Shown here one piece after another: positions 43,216 to 56,270 of a stretch of 64,000 nt of DNA. The translations under genes were made by a program, and so were the position numbers. Each line of letters opens with the position of its first letter. The stretch's first letter is position 1. Origin of the DNA: Saccostrea cucullata (taxonomy: Eukaryota); contig NW_026925910.1 of the NCBI RefSeq assembly GCF_032062105.1, positions 930,001-994,000 on the forward strand, written 5' to 3'. Under the pieces are notes generated by a model. The model was not told the origin of the DNA. It ran no database searches and saw only the letters and a program-made list of their open reading frames with translations.

Positions 43216-44479
43216 TTGTAAATTATAAAACTTCATTAAAAAGGGGAAAAAAACTTTGGCAAGGTATTAGAATATCCTTAGGTCTTGCTACTTAGTTTGG
43301 AATTATTTTGACCAAAAATTCCATATTATATACCGAAGGTTTGTCCTTCTTTAAATAATAAATAATTTGGTTTTGCGGTTTTCAACAGATAATCAATTTA
43401 TCCATCAACTTGCCTTACTATGTAGCTATACATGTACATGTGTAACATTATTACAATGTACCGCATATGTAATGTATGCCTCTTAGTTGATTTGATACTC
43501 AAGACCATGCTCTATAAACAATTTTTAAAGCCAAACAAGCTACTGACATATAAGCAGTTTAAACAAGAATATCAACAGTCTCGTTTAAGGAGGTTCGATC
43601 CTGAGCTTTTGAACAGATTTTGGTCTGGACCTTTATTTCTAAAATTCTGCATCATTTTTAAGTTCCAACATTAAATCTGGTTTCTATAATGCAAATGGAA
43701 CTAAATTCAATAAAAAAACTGTGATTAAATTCCATTCAAGTAAGATTAAACCAGGAACTATATCTTTTTTTTTTAAGAGAAAATGATCAATTTTTCCCTT
43801 TTGAACTATATACAGTACTGTTAATTTTAGATTCCTATTTTTGCATGTTGGTTGTACACGAAGCTGTTTTTGCAGTGAAATGTGTTATGCTGGTTCTGAA
43901 ATATCTGTTAAATTATTTCTTATGAATTCTTTCAACGAATTATGACTAATATGGTAAATATATTCTAAAAGTCCAGGAAAAAAATTGATTAAATTTTAAC
44001 ATAAAATTGACACTTTTTAAATAATATCTAAAAATTTACATCAAGTACCCCCACTTCTGATGTTCTTTTTTGAATATTTCAGATAACTTTGACCTATCTG
44101 CTTAAAGTCAGCAAAAAGTTTAAGAATTTAAAACAATTTTAAAATCACAATTTGTGAGTGCAAAAAGGTCAAATAATTGATTATGCAAAGCGATCAGAAA
44201 CCTTTTCTTAGTCAGAATTTCAAAGTGTCTTTTTTAAAATAGACTGTCTTATAGTTTATATGTTTCATACTTTATTTGAATAAAAATATTGGAGGGGAAA
44301 CACAAATTTCAGTGCAAAACGGTCATTTAAAATGTACTGTAGCGCCAAAAAATAAAACAAATGGACCCCCTTTTTTAGATTTGATCTTTAATTACTCTAA
44401 TCTATGTGTGTAGAAACTAAACATATACCTGACGAACAAAAGTTTAAGACTTTAAATATCAGGAGCCTCGTTAAGTCAA

Positions 44480-46100
44480 CATTTTGCTAAATCTATGGTC
44501 AATATATAATGACCTTTTCAGTCAATTTTATCTATCATTTCGTCGAATGTTGACTCACGTTTTTCATACAAATTGTTGGTCCATTAATTTCACATAGAAT
44601 TATCTACGGATTTTCCCGTTTACCGAGAAGTATGAAACGTTTTAGCTTTGGCCTGTCAAAACGGAATGCTTACTACGCTATGGCAAGTAATCCAATCTCT
44701 GATGTTTTAAGAGATCCGCGTTCGCTCTGCTCTTGATTTTTTGTATAATTTTGTTTGACTTTTGAGCACGATTGCTGTTTGTTATCTTCTTTTATGAACA
44801 GGGATGTCAGATAAGTCATCTGGGAGTTTGACATTTTTATACACAATATTTTTATTTCTTTTCAATTCTGCTATTAAAAAAATACTTGGCACTTCATGTA
44901 GCTATCGATTTGATATTATCTTTATAGCTTCTTTAGTAGGCTCAACAAATATTTTGAAAAAAAGGGGCAATTTATTCATAACTGTATCATAAATATGTTA
45001 AAGATATGGGTTTCAAAATTGATGTTTTGTGTTAACCATCATTTTTTCCATTAACTGTGGAGTAGCAGTATAATGGTCACTTTTCTTCGCTTGTCTCGGA
45101 AAAGAGGATGAGATAATGAAATCTTATCCCTGCTATTGGATAGAAGAGAGTTTACAAATAAAATCATGTAAATGTCTCAACAGACTACAAAACAATCATA
45201 AGACTGAGAAGTTTCATTCAAGAACACAATAAGCCCGACTTAACGTCTTTGATGCAAAATATTCGGAGAGTCGGCGGTGCGATTGGCATTCATTACGGCG
45301 ATTACAGAAAGTGTGAAGACGTATTATTAACCTATCACGGAAGATTTAAGCGGCTTCAGTATGAAGGCGGACAGACTCGGAGATCAATACTAAATCAGTG
45401 TCCCAAAAATGTTCCAACAACCGCCAGAGGATACAGAGTAAGAACGTCTCCCCTTAATAATTAAAGGCTAGAAAGCTTGGAAAGGGAATACGGAATTTAT
45501 CACATAAAAATGTAAGACTGGTTAGAATTAGCATGCATCGTAACTTTGAGAAAAGAGAATTGGTTTTTGCAGATATGTGTCCAAATGTACTTTAAAACTA
45601 AAAACCAAGCTGATAGCAATGCACAGTTTCATTCATGCGTTGATTCGATTTATGAACAACGTGCGAGCGATATCTAAATCTAGGTCAGCTACTGGCAAAT
45701 AAGTAGATAAATCAAGGACATCAACAGTTTCGTTTAAAATCAACATTTCGCAAATTCTATGGTCGATACAATGGCCTTATGAACAAATACAATTTGTTAT
45801 TACGTTGGATGTTGCTTGACATTTTTCATACTAATAGTTAGACCCTTATTTACAAAGTATTATAATTATATATTTTTATCATGAATTATATCGATGCATG
45901 TTCACGATATTTTTTTTATTTTCACAAGGAGTACATGGCGGGTGAAATTTTTTTCGTACAAATTGTAGGGCCATTATTTACATGAATTGTCTACCGATAT
46001 GCCTTCGCCTCAAATGCACCTGATCTCATCCTTGATGATCTGAAAGGCCCCCTGTTTGCTCTGCTCCCATTAATTTTTTATGTATACTGAGCTTGATTAT
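44480..46100 (+). mobile_element. Patchwork of degraded Penelope-like 3' fragments (44480-44790 and 45640-46100)
   Basis: tctatggtcgatacaatggcc.., gcacctgatctcatcc and ctctgatgtttt..gatccgcgttcgctctgctc match the family in sense orientation. Confidence 0.5.
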
Positions 46101-48766
46101 TCTTCTTTATCTTTATATTACATTACAGTGCATTGATATGCACTTAGATGTATCTAAGTGAACTCGAAATAAATGACACCATACATGCATATTCTGCCTT
46201 ATCTGTTTCATACCTAGGAAAAAATGTATAAATATTTGTCGAAGGAATGCAAATCAACAAAATCAAGCAAAAAAAAACAAAAAAAACAAAAAAAAACCAA
46301 AAAAAAACAAAAAAAAAAAAACAAGAGAATTCCTCTTTTCAAGTAGAAATTTTGATTAAACTAAATTCTGCTCTATATAATCCAAAAAAAGATCTGATAA
46401 CGATTAATAGCTGAAACTTGATCAATTAATCGGAGTTCCGAATTAAAAAGCAAAAAAGTTATTTCTCACGCGGAAGATTTCGAAGAAAATCTTCTTTATA
46501 AGAAAATAAAATAAAGGGGCTAAGCGAGGAATACACTTTCACTCATTAAATAGTGCAGCTTGTTTTGAAGATTTGGCTTCATAACCGTTTAATTGGAACA
46601 TACCGAAGTTAAAAATTCAAAATAAATTACAATGTTCTTTTGAAAAAATTAAACAATCATGTATTTTTATCAAATCTTGGTATTTTATATTATAAAAAAC
46701 CTTTATTTGTTGAAATATTTCATTGAACTTGAGAAAACATATTGAGAATCAAAAGTTTGACTCAAGTCTTTTCTTTGTTTATGGTCCAGAGAAGTAGTTT
46801 TCAAAGACTGACTTTGGCAACTAAGAAGTTCAAAAGATTTTTAGTATCAGATTCGATGTAATTTGGGAATCAGAAAGATTTTGAACGATTTTCACAGATA
46901 ATATAGATCATAAAATATAAAAATATTTGAGCTGCATTTTTATCAAGTCAATCATTCTACGAAATTTTTTTTTCTGCAGTGTTTGTCAAATGAAAGTTTA
47001 TCATTTATTTTTCTTTGGTCAATTGCTTTATCTGATACTCTTTTGGCCTATCGTCTTGAACCTCAAAGCCATATTATGATGTGTTGTAAAATGGACTCTG
47101 CAATTGTGAACGTTTACAACCAAGCTTATATGCTCTCATTAGATACCCCAAACGAACACGAGGGATTACATTGAAAATGTTCCAATTTATTTCTTGCAGA
47201 TGGCTTATGAAGTATTAATGAAACTTCACAGCTATAATATAATTAACAGGTGAAGTTTTACATGCAACCTTGCAATGGACAGAGAGGCGTAATGCAGTCA
47301 ACAATTTTAGCTATTGCTTATAATTTACATCGAGTTTCAATTTTTCTTTTTTTTCCCCAATTTACATATCTAGAATTTGTTTAATAAACAGATTCATTCA
47401 CCAGTTATACTACCGACAAAGGGTGTAAGAACGACACAGGCCCATATGTCCAGGTGTGTCAATTGAGAAACCATACACTATAGTCTGCAACACCCATTAA
47501 AGCTAAGCTTGTCTTTCATTATCTTTTGTAATAAATTCGAATACATTAAATCTTGCTTTCACAAAAGCATGATTTGAAAAGCAAAATCCTGGAAATGTGG
47601 TCTATTATCTACAGCCCACAACGTAAAATCTCGCCAGCATTTCCTATCTGTGTTTATCTCATTAGTCAGAAACTGATCGTCACAGTTGGAAGATTAAAAA
47701 GGAATGTGATATTCAATTTTACGCTGAATTTTTATCCATTTTCTCCGATATTTAAGTGATCTGATACGAAGCATACCTAATGAAATTACCCAAACGTAAG
47801 CATATTTGATAGTCAATAAAAAGACGTTCTTGAACTGTCAGCAATGACAAAACCCATCTGATAGCTAAGTCTACATAATCTAAGAGAGTTTACAGCGTGT
47901 TACCAATTTACTTGAACAAATACAATCCGTGTAGATATTGCATTAGATTGCGATTTCTTGTCCCTCTACATAGCCTGAGCAGGCATTCAATCGACGAGCG
48001 AAGATATTTCTGTTATCTTAAGAAATAGAAAAATAGGAACCCGCGGAAATAATTCCAATGATTTTTGAGAAGAGGGCGAAAAGCTTCAGATCGATTTGTC
48101 TTTAACAAAAGAGAGCAGGCTCTCCAATTTAATTTCTTTTTCCAATTTTTGCTTTTTTCCGAATTTTTCAACGTTAATCTAGTTCCCCAGATGATGGAAA
48201 TCCTGTTAAATTGCTTCCGCCTGTGTCGTGCATCATTATATCTTAAAACGCAGATAAGACTACGCTCGATTGCATGTAAATTGCCGAAATCCTGTTTCTC
48301 AAAGCTTTCCTGGTCACGAATTCTTTTACCACAAATCTTGGTACAATTAAAGATTTGGTTCTCCAAAATTGGGTTCCTCAAGATAAGTACTAAATGTGCA
48401 TCCTTCTGGTGTTTAGTTTTTGTCAAATTTCTGCATGTATGTATATTGAACTGTAACATCTTATCAAGACCACAATAACCATATTTCAGTTTTTCGGCAA
48501 TTTAGCAATAGTCTGTGAGGCTCACAAGACAGTTCATTTGCTTTCTTTAATTGAACCGTTGGTGTGGAGCTATGTAACAGTGTTGTTTTATTTCCGTTTA
48601 ATTGGTTTGGCATCGTTGGTCGGTTTCTTTCTGAAAAACAAAATATTAACACATAGCTTTTATTCTGGTAATTAGTACAGAATCCCATCACATGCAAATA
48701 AACAACATTTCTACGAAGGATTGGGACAAAGGCCGATTAAATTTTGTATGTTCTCATTTTTTTTTA

Positions 48767-49399
48767 AATACAGAAGCTGATGAGTGCTTCGTAATATTTT
48801 TAATTCGAAATCCAAACTTTAAATTTTTTACATTAATCTTGGCTTTCCGCACTTTAGATTCAAACTTTATAATTATAATTTTTTTTTCAACTGTAATTTT
48901 AGTTTTTCCAACTTATAAATTGTTTATTCCATCTTTAATCTGGGATTTTCCCAACATTTAAATTGGTAATTTTATCTTTAATCTTTCTTTTTCTGATTTA
49001 AGGGGGTGTGCTTTATTCATGTATGTTATTGTAAGGTCAGAGGGAAGGTGAAGGTAAAAAATATTTGTATATAAAAATTTATTTTAAAAAAAACGAAAGA
49101 AGGGGTTAGAAAAGCTCAAATTAAAGTTAAGAAGACAAGATTAAAGTTGAAATTATCAGCACCTTTAAAGATTAAAAAGCAAAGATTATAGATGGAAAAG
49201 CCAGGTACCAATTCTTAAGTTGGATTTCCCAATTATTAAGTTGGAATTTCGAACTTAAAATTTGAAAAGGTCAAGCTTAAAGGTAGAAAACCCGATATTA
49301 AGGCAGTGATTACAAACTTCAAAGGTTAAAAAAAAACTTCATATAAATTTGAATTTCCAACTAAAAAAATATCATGAGGCAGAAGTACGCTTTCTCGTA
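48767..49399. mobile_element. Old TA-flanked MITE-like element
   Basis: Degenerate inverted termini tacagaagc...cttcgtaatattttt / aaaaatatcatgaggc...gctttctcgta, with a pyrimidine-rich left half and purine-rich right half. Confidence 0.35.
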
Positions 49400-49849
49400 A
49401 AACTTGTTACCTAATTCTTATTTCAGAAAGTAAATGATTTAAAACTTCATAGGGAAAGGGAACCATGAACTATTACCGACGATATTCCATTAAGTTTTTT
49501 AAAAAAATATTATCCTTAATTTCAGATAAAGATTTTAAAAAAAATCCCCCCAAAATGGAAATATTTCGCTTGACAGACTCAATGTTGTGGAAAGTGGTAT
49601 AGATAATCTGAATAAAAATATGATTTCGTATTTAATAGTTGTAATTGTTTTATTAAAACATCTTATATTATATAATGGGCTTCCCTATTTCTTAGTGATT
49701 GACACTTAAATATCTTCTACTAAAGTTTCAACAGAGGGTAATACCTTCTTAACAAAGTGACATCTTGTGTGATCTCTGAACTATTTTTCATCAATGGTTA
49801 TCATTACGTCAGAATGCATTGGTGAGGAATACATAGAGATACCAGTGGA

Positions 49850-50022
49850 TTTATTGATTGATTAATTGTATGTTGTTTAACGTCCCTCTCGAGTATTTTT
49901 CACTCATATGGAGAAGCCACCACTTGCCGAAGGACCGGTCATCGTGTCCTACAGTAGGATTCGAACCAGTAGGATCAACTCCTTACTTCACAACTCTTAG
50001 GAGCAGACGCCCTAACCAGTGG
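49850..50022 (-). mobile_element. Internally deleted, diverged copy of the same SINE
   Basis: Reverse complement matches the tail (gattgatt...tttaacgtcc..ctcgag..ttcactcatatggag) and head (aggaccggtc...ggattcgaacc...gagcagacgc.ctaacca) of 18106-18398; the central core is missing. Confidence 0.8.
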
Positions 50023-50767
50023 AGGGGAACGCGATGAAAATTATTTAATACTATGATTCTGTCTTATTTATACGCACATATGTCTTATTTCGGGTTCTAA
50101 TAATTATAACTTAAAAATCTAAATATCGGTAAAAAATCAATGTTTTGGTATTTATGAGGATAGTAACTCACAGGCAACCTTAATAATGCTAAAATAAGCA
50201 AAGTTGCAGCCTTTGAAAAATAATAATAAACGTTCCTCATTTGAAAAGACAGCGTGAGAAATAGTGAGGAGACAGTGAAAAATCAATCAACCAACCTATC
50301 TGGAAAAAAAATGATTCACAAATTTTTCCATATTCTACATTATATATCAAGTGGCACACTTTGTCAAGTAATGGTTTCTGTGATCCTTCCCATTCCTATT
50401 GGAAATTCCTCTAAATCTTAGTAAGGACAGAAAGACAAATTTCACGGCACTTCAATGTCATTTTTACAATCCGTGAAGCCATATTTTGTATTTAGAAGCA
50501 AATTGGATTACACCATGGAGCTGCGTTTTTCTTATGGGAGAGATGCAAGAAAATAACAACCATCGGAGACATCGGGTGCTTGTTTGAAATGTTTGTCATT
50601 TTTACGATTTCCATTGTGAAGTTCCGTTTGTCCTACCGCGGAAAAGATGATATAGAAACTGATCAATAACTCGGATTATTATGGACTGAAGTTCTAAGAC
50701 TGCGTAAAATTGCTCAAACTCTGACCAACATCGGAACCAAAGGATTTCTTAGATTTAATGTCTGAGA

Positions 50768-51574
50768 ATGCATTCTTTTTTAGTTATTGTGTGTGCATTT
50801 TTGTTCCAGTCTATGGATTGTACGGAAACAGGGCCATATCAGCACGGCTTTCCTATAGGTAGGTTTAACCAAGTTTAAGAAAGTGATTTTTTTTTCCTGC
50901 AAAATTGAAGAAAATTAAAGTTGAAAAAAATATTAAATTTAACAAGCTTATTTTATTGATGCTTGGATTTAACGAAAGACCCGAGAATGAAATGGAAATA
51001 AATGCTTGACTTGATTTATTTATTTTTTTTTCTTTACGGAAAATATAGAATGTTTTAAATATTCAACTTCTTTGTACCTACTAGTGATAATTATTCAGTA
51101 AGATTTAAAATCTTTTTTTTTTAACTTTACTTATCCAATGATAAAATGAAAGGATAACGATCAGTGATTGATCTTATAAAAACTTCAAGCAATACAATAT
51201 GTGAACACGGACTCCTGGAAATTTAAGAGATGCGATCAGGTGCCTAAGAGGCGTAAGTATCCCCGGATGACCAAACTTGCGTCAGCCCCATGTTTTGATT
51301 TAGATGACGAAGTCAGTTTTAGTACAAAAAACAAAGGTCTAACAATTGATATGAGTCAAAAAACACGAAAAAGTGAAAGTGTTAATATTTGTTAACAATC
51401 CTAGTTACAATATTTCCTCCTCAGGTGCCATATTTGATTGGAGTGATGTATACGCCCGGACTGGATTCCACTACGCCATGAATAAGATACTACAACAGAA
51501 AAAGAACCAATTTAACTTCTCCACAATTATTGAGGACGTCTCCATACACGATAGTTTCCAGCTGATCCAAAAGA
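50768..51574 (+). CDS. Gene D: 5' end (exons 1-2) of a fourth iGluR subunit gene; remainder presumably beyond the right edge
   Basis: Exon 1 50768-50858 MHSFLVIVCAFLFQSMDC...HGFPIG (signal peptide, phase-1 GT donor). Exon 2 51425-51574 GAIFDWSDVYARTGFHYAMNKILQ...IHDSFQLIQK (phase 1-1). These carry the IGAIF...DSF pattern that starts iGluR ATDs, with the same exon phases as A-C. No exon 3 found in the remaining 12.4 kb. Confidence 0.75.
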
Positions 51575-54055
51575 GTAAGCTTTACGTTACCCTTAAACGT
51601 GTTTATATAATAAAGGATATATACTTTACTTAACCTTTATCTCTTATTTTATAGTCAGCTCATACCTATTGATTCTTCCCAAAGTAGGTTTAACTTTAAA
51701 TTTTCACACGTGTGTATCATGCAAATGATGAAGGTTTTATTTATCCTTCGTTTATTTTATATATATAATAATTGATGTTTATTTTAAGTTACAAATTTCA
51801 GCCAAAAAGATTACAGTCATTCCAAATTTATAAAAATCTAATCTGAATTTAAGAATAAAGTGTCTGTCTTGTGATCTTTTGAAAATAATAAAAAATAAAT
51901 TATATATTCTGAATATTCTACATGACCTCTTTAGAACAATTATTAGAATCCCAGTATTATTGCCTTAAAGGTAAACAACATGTATATACATCGTATATTT
52001 ACATTTTATATATCCAAGAAAATTTTTTATTATCTTATCCTTTATAAAAGAGATGAGAAACTAAATATTAAGGTTTTATTCTACCAGTGCTGTCAAAACC
52101 CTATTCTGCATTAATTTCTTATTAGATTTTCAGGAAGAATCGTGATAATTTACGTAATGCAATACTAGTATATCAATGAAATATTTATCAAATCTTGTGT
52201 TAATACTAGAGCAGAACATGAGAAGATAATATATGTTAAATTACTATTTGTACTTTACAAGGACAGCCAACCGCCAAAACATGATTTGACAAAGACAATG
52301 TGCATTCACATAACAGCATACATTTTTTCATTAATTCCAGGCAATATCACACATAATCTGTGTTTGCCTCTATACTTGCAAGATGTATGACTCGTTTTAA
52401 GCTTTCAATTGATTAGTTCGGTTGACCTGATTTAAATAAAAACAATTAATGTCTATCTCAATCCCTAATTGATGTTTCCATTAGAATGATGTGTTGGTCT
52501 GGATAATTCAAAGAACATCAGATGCGGGATCACAATTTATAGGAAGAAAAAGCATTGAATCTACAGGGGAACCTATACAATTATAAGACAAATGCCCGTC
52601 CATCACAGAAAAAAAGTACTGATGTATTTGACACGTGCTTATTTTCCCTCCAGGAAGATTCAAACAAATAGAAACATTAACCTTCAAGCATGAGAAAGAC
52701 ATATTAACCATTTCAATTCTAAACTAGAAATATCCCTCTTAGCATGGAACGGTTCTATTCTGCACAGTAGAATGACTGTCTATAACACATCTGCAAAAAG
52801 CAGTGTATTAATTAAAAGCGTGACTATTCAGAAGCATTCCCGAAGGACGCTTCACCGCTACCATTCCATTCTTCCGCAAAAACGATCGGAAGAACTTTTT
52901 CGACGATACCAAAGGCATTTTGCATTGTTTAGTTCACTTCAATGAGCCTGCTTCTAATGCCACTCAAATGACAATAACAGTGAAGAAGTGAGATATACTT
53001 CTTAATTCCAGTTCAAAACCACGGGATCCTGAATAACAACGATTTGAACTACATGTAGTGCAACAATATGGAACGTAAAATAAACATTCAAAACTACGGA
53101 ATTGTACCTATCTTCAACCCAATTGTGTATTTATCACCAAATGAATTGAAGATAGGTTAATTTCAAGTGATTAATACATCGGTTAAATTGAATTGAACCT
53201 AGGTAAATTGATTTATACTATTTTTAAATCCTTTATGGAAATGTATCATTTATGCCTTTCTTTCCGTCATTTGTACCTACCTTTAATTAATTTGAAGATT
53301 GGTATATTTTTTTAATTTGTAGCTAGCTTTATTTTATTATTTGTACCTTTCTCTCCAAATAAGTTGAAGATAGATTTGATTCAATTATATACCTACCTTT
53401 AATTAATTCGAAGACAGGTTCAACGGATTTGAAGCTAAATTGAATTACTCCACAATATGAAGATAAGCATAAATTGATTTTAAGATGGGTGCAGTTGAAT
53501 TCAATATTTGAACGTAGATTCACATATTTGTAGATAGGTACAATTACTTGAATAAATGTTAATTTGGCATTCCATCGAAAAATGAATCGCTTTAATTTAT
53601 TACACATATATGTGTACAATTAGAATTTGATGGTTGGTTTTAATTTGTTTGCATGAATATACTTACACATAATATATGCAATTTGACACCATTTTAATAC
53701 CAATTGTGATATAAAAGAAGAGAATTTACGGAACACTAAAACGTCAGACACATTTCAAGGTTTCATGATATTTTGACCCCGTAAATAATTTTTTTTAAGA
53801 ATCACAGAATATGACAGTAATACTTGTATGTATCAAAATGATGTAGATTACCAATGTTGTGATATATAAACCGAAAACTGAAAGGCGTTTGTCAATCGAA
53901 GACATAAATGTGTTTAATTTTATCATATACAAAAATGAATTTCTTAACTTATCTTTAAACAATTAACTGAACGTTGGCGTCCTAGCACTCTTACAAAAAT
54001 ACTATAAACAGTACGACATTTAACTCTGGACACGACATAGTCCAGACTTTTTACT

Positions 54056-54730
54056 ACCATTTCTAATTATGATATCCAAAATATTTTTATATCACTTGGT
54101 GGGATTTCTTAGCAGTATCCCAGGGGCTTATGTTGAGCTAACAAACATCTCAACTTCTGAAGATATGAAGTCCTAAAACTTAGAATCCCATGAGAGAATG
54201 GTGGGATTTTCAATTCCATCAGCTATCCCACCATTCTCCCATGGGAGAAAAAATGTCAAATGGGATATTTTCTCCCATTGGAATTTTTTCCCCCACAAAT
54301 TTGTTCAAATGGGATAAATCCCACGGATATTGACAATAAAACAATTTCTCCCATACATTGTAAAACATGAAATATATGCCATACAGTATGGCAATGACAA
54401 ATTTCTCATCATAACATATAGAAAAAAATATTTACCAACTAAAACAATGTAGTGGAGAAAATTATTCATTGTCAACATCCGTGAGATTTATCCCATTTAA
54501 ACAAATTCAAGGGAGAAAATATCTCATCTGACATTTTTTCTCCCTTGGGAGAAACGTGGGATAGTTGGTGGGACTGAAAATCTCACCATTCTCCGATGGG
54601 ATTCTGAGTTTTAGGACTTCATATGTTAGAAGTAGAAATGTTTGTGAGTTCAACATGAGAACCTGGAATACTGCCAAGAAATCCCACCAAGTGATATTAA
54701 AATATTTTGGATATCATAATTAGAAATGGT
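54056..54730. repeat. Long inverted repeat (foldback element), ~290-bp arms
   Basis: accatttctaattatgatatccaaaatat... (54056-54351) pairs with ...atattttggatatcataattagaaatggt (54454-54730). Confidence 0.8.
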
Positions 54731-55045
54731 CTTAACTATAGTTAACTACAGTAAACTATAGTAAATCGAGGTCAAAGTTGTCTACATAGTAAATCAAAGT
54801 TTTCAAAATGTTCACTGTATAGTGTCATAGTTATCACTTAAGTAAATCAAAGTTTTCCATAGTAAATCAAAGTTTCCATAGTGATCACCATGGTGAATCA
54901 AAGTTTTCATAGTTATCACTATAGTAAATCAATGTGTCAAAGTGTTCACTATACCGGTAGTAAATTAAAGTGTCAAAGTGTTCACTATAGTAAATCAAAT
55001 TTTTCAAAGTGTCAAAGTGTTCACTATATAGTAAACTATAGTATT
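54731..55045. repeat. Degenerate minisatellite (atagtaaatcaaagtgtcaaagtgttcact-type)
   Basis: Multiple actatagtaaa / agtaaatcaaag / gtgtcaaagtgttcactata units. Confidence 0.8.
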
Positions 55046-55949
55046 TTTTGTTAACTGAGTACGGATCTTGAATTGCACGTATTATAAATAGTGTGTGAAA
55101 GAAAAGCGAAAGGTCAACAAAAAGCCGTATGTCAGATTTGGTTTTTCTCACATTAAACAGGCCAACCTGATTCCAAGAGAACTTAATTTATACCTCGGTA
55201 AAGATCTACATTTATTGACACACCCTGTCATTGGACAGATGAACGTTGACAAGATACATGTTTGAACGCCCCGAAAATAATTTAGAATCCTCATGAAGTT
55301 CATCATGACAATACTTCATGTCTGGCAATTGCTCAAGAAATACATATTATTTGGTTGATCAAGTTTTCTAGATTCATTTCCTTACAAGTTGCTAATAGTG
55401 ATAACTATTAAAGGAAAGGAGACCATGATGCATCTGATTGTCGATAAGGAGGCCAAAAACTACGCGGTTGGGAAGGGCTGGGTGGGGACGGCGCCCCTTT
55501 GTCTAAGAAACTTTTAAGTCTTTGCGCTTTATCACTTATTTTGTATTGGATGCTGCATGTATGATGAAATATGCGAATTCCAGTATTTGATATTTGAAAA
55601 TTGATATATTGAAAAGTACCTGTACCTCACTCCAGTCAAAATACTATTTTTAAGTGTGGACAATTTTTGTTCTGTTGTGTTCTTTCAAAACAATTTTCCC
55701 AGGTTGGCCCAAAACTTCGAAAACCCATGCTAAGGGCGTGATGATTATATACAACCTTTGAAATCTTATTTCTGTTTCTGGTGCATTTATTTTTATGCAC
55801 TTCGCAAATTCCAAAGAGATATGAAATCCAATTTTTTGAATTGAGCTGGGAATTCATATCAAAATAATATCACACCATGCTCTGGTAAAAAATCATCAAA
55901 CCTAGATATTGAACACAAACCTTTGCTTAGTACACTACATAAAGATAAC

Positions 55950-56270
55950 GAATTGTATTCAAGGGCAAAATTCCATTCGAAAAAAAACAAGCAGAGCCAT
56001 ACACGGACCTCTAAAACATCAGAAGTCGGATAAGGTGCCATGGAGGAGTGAGCACCCCTGTCGATCGGTCATATCGGCTGTATGCTACTTGTCATGATAA
56101 AAAAATACGGGAAAGATCAATCCATAGTGTAAAGAATGGACTAACAATTGTGTTTGTCCTTCTTGTTTAAACAACAAATTGTTTGTCAATACCTTACCTA
56201 GTTTAAGAAATTATTCGTACGTAGATCATGCTCTTACGTATCGAATTAACTGAGAGATATAAACTTCATA
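55950..56270 (-). mobile_element. Penelope-like fragment, same family
   Basis: Contains ggataaggtgccatggaggagtgagcaccc and catgctcttacgtatcgaattaactgagag. Confidence 0.65.

Noticed and set aside
45249-45464. 71-aa ORF in a GC-richer patch
   Set aside because: No recognisable homology or convincing splice context; flanked by TE debris.
54885-55151. ORF with YYSEHFDTL repeats; array superficially CRISPR-like
   Set aside because: Eukaryotic minisatellite with no unique spacers and no cas genes.
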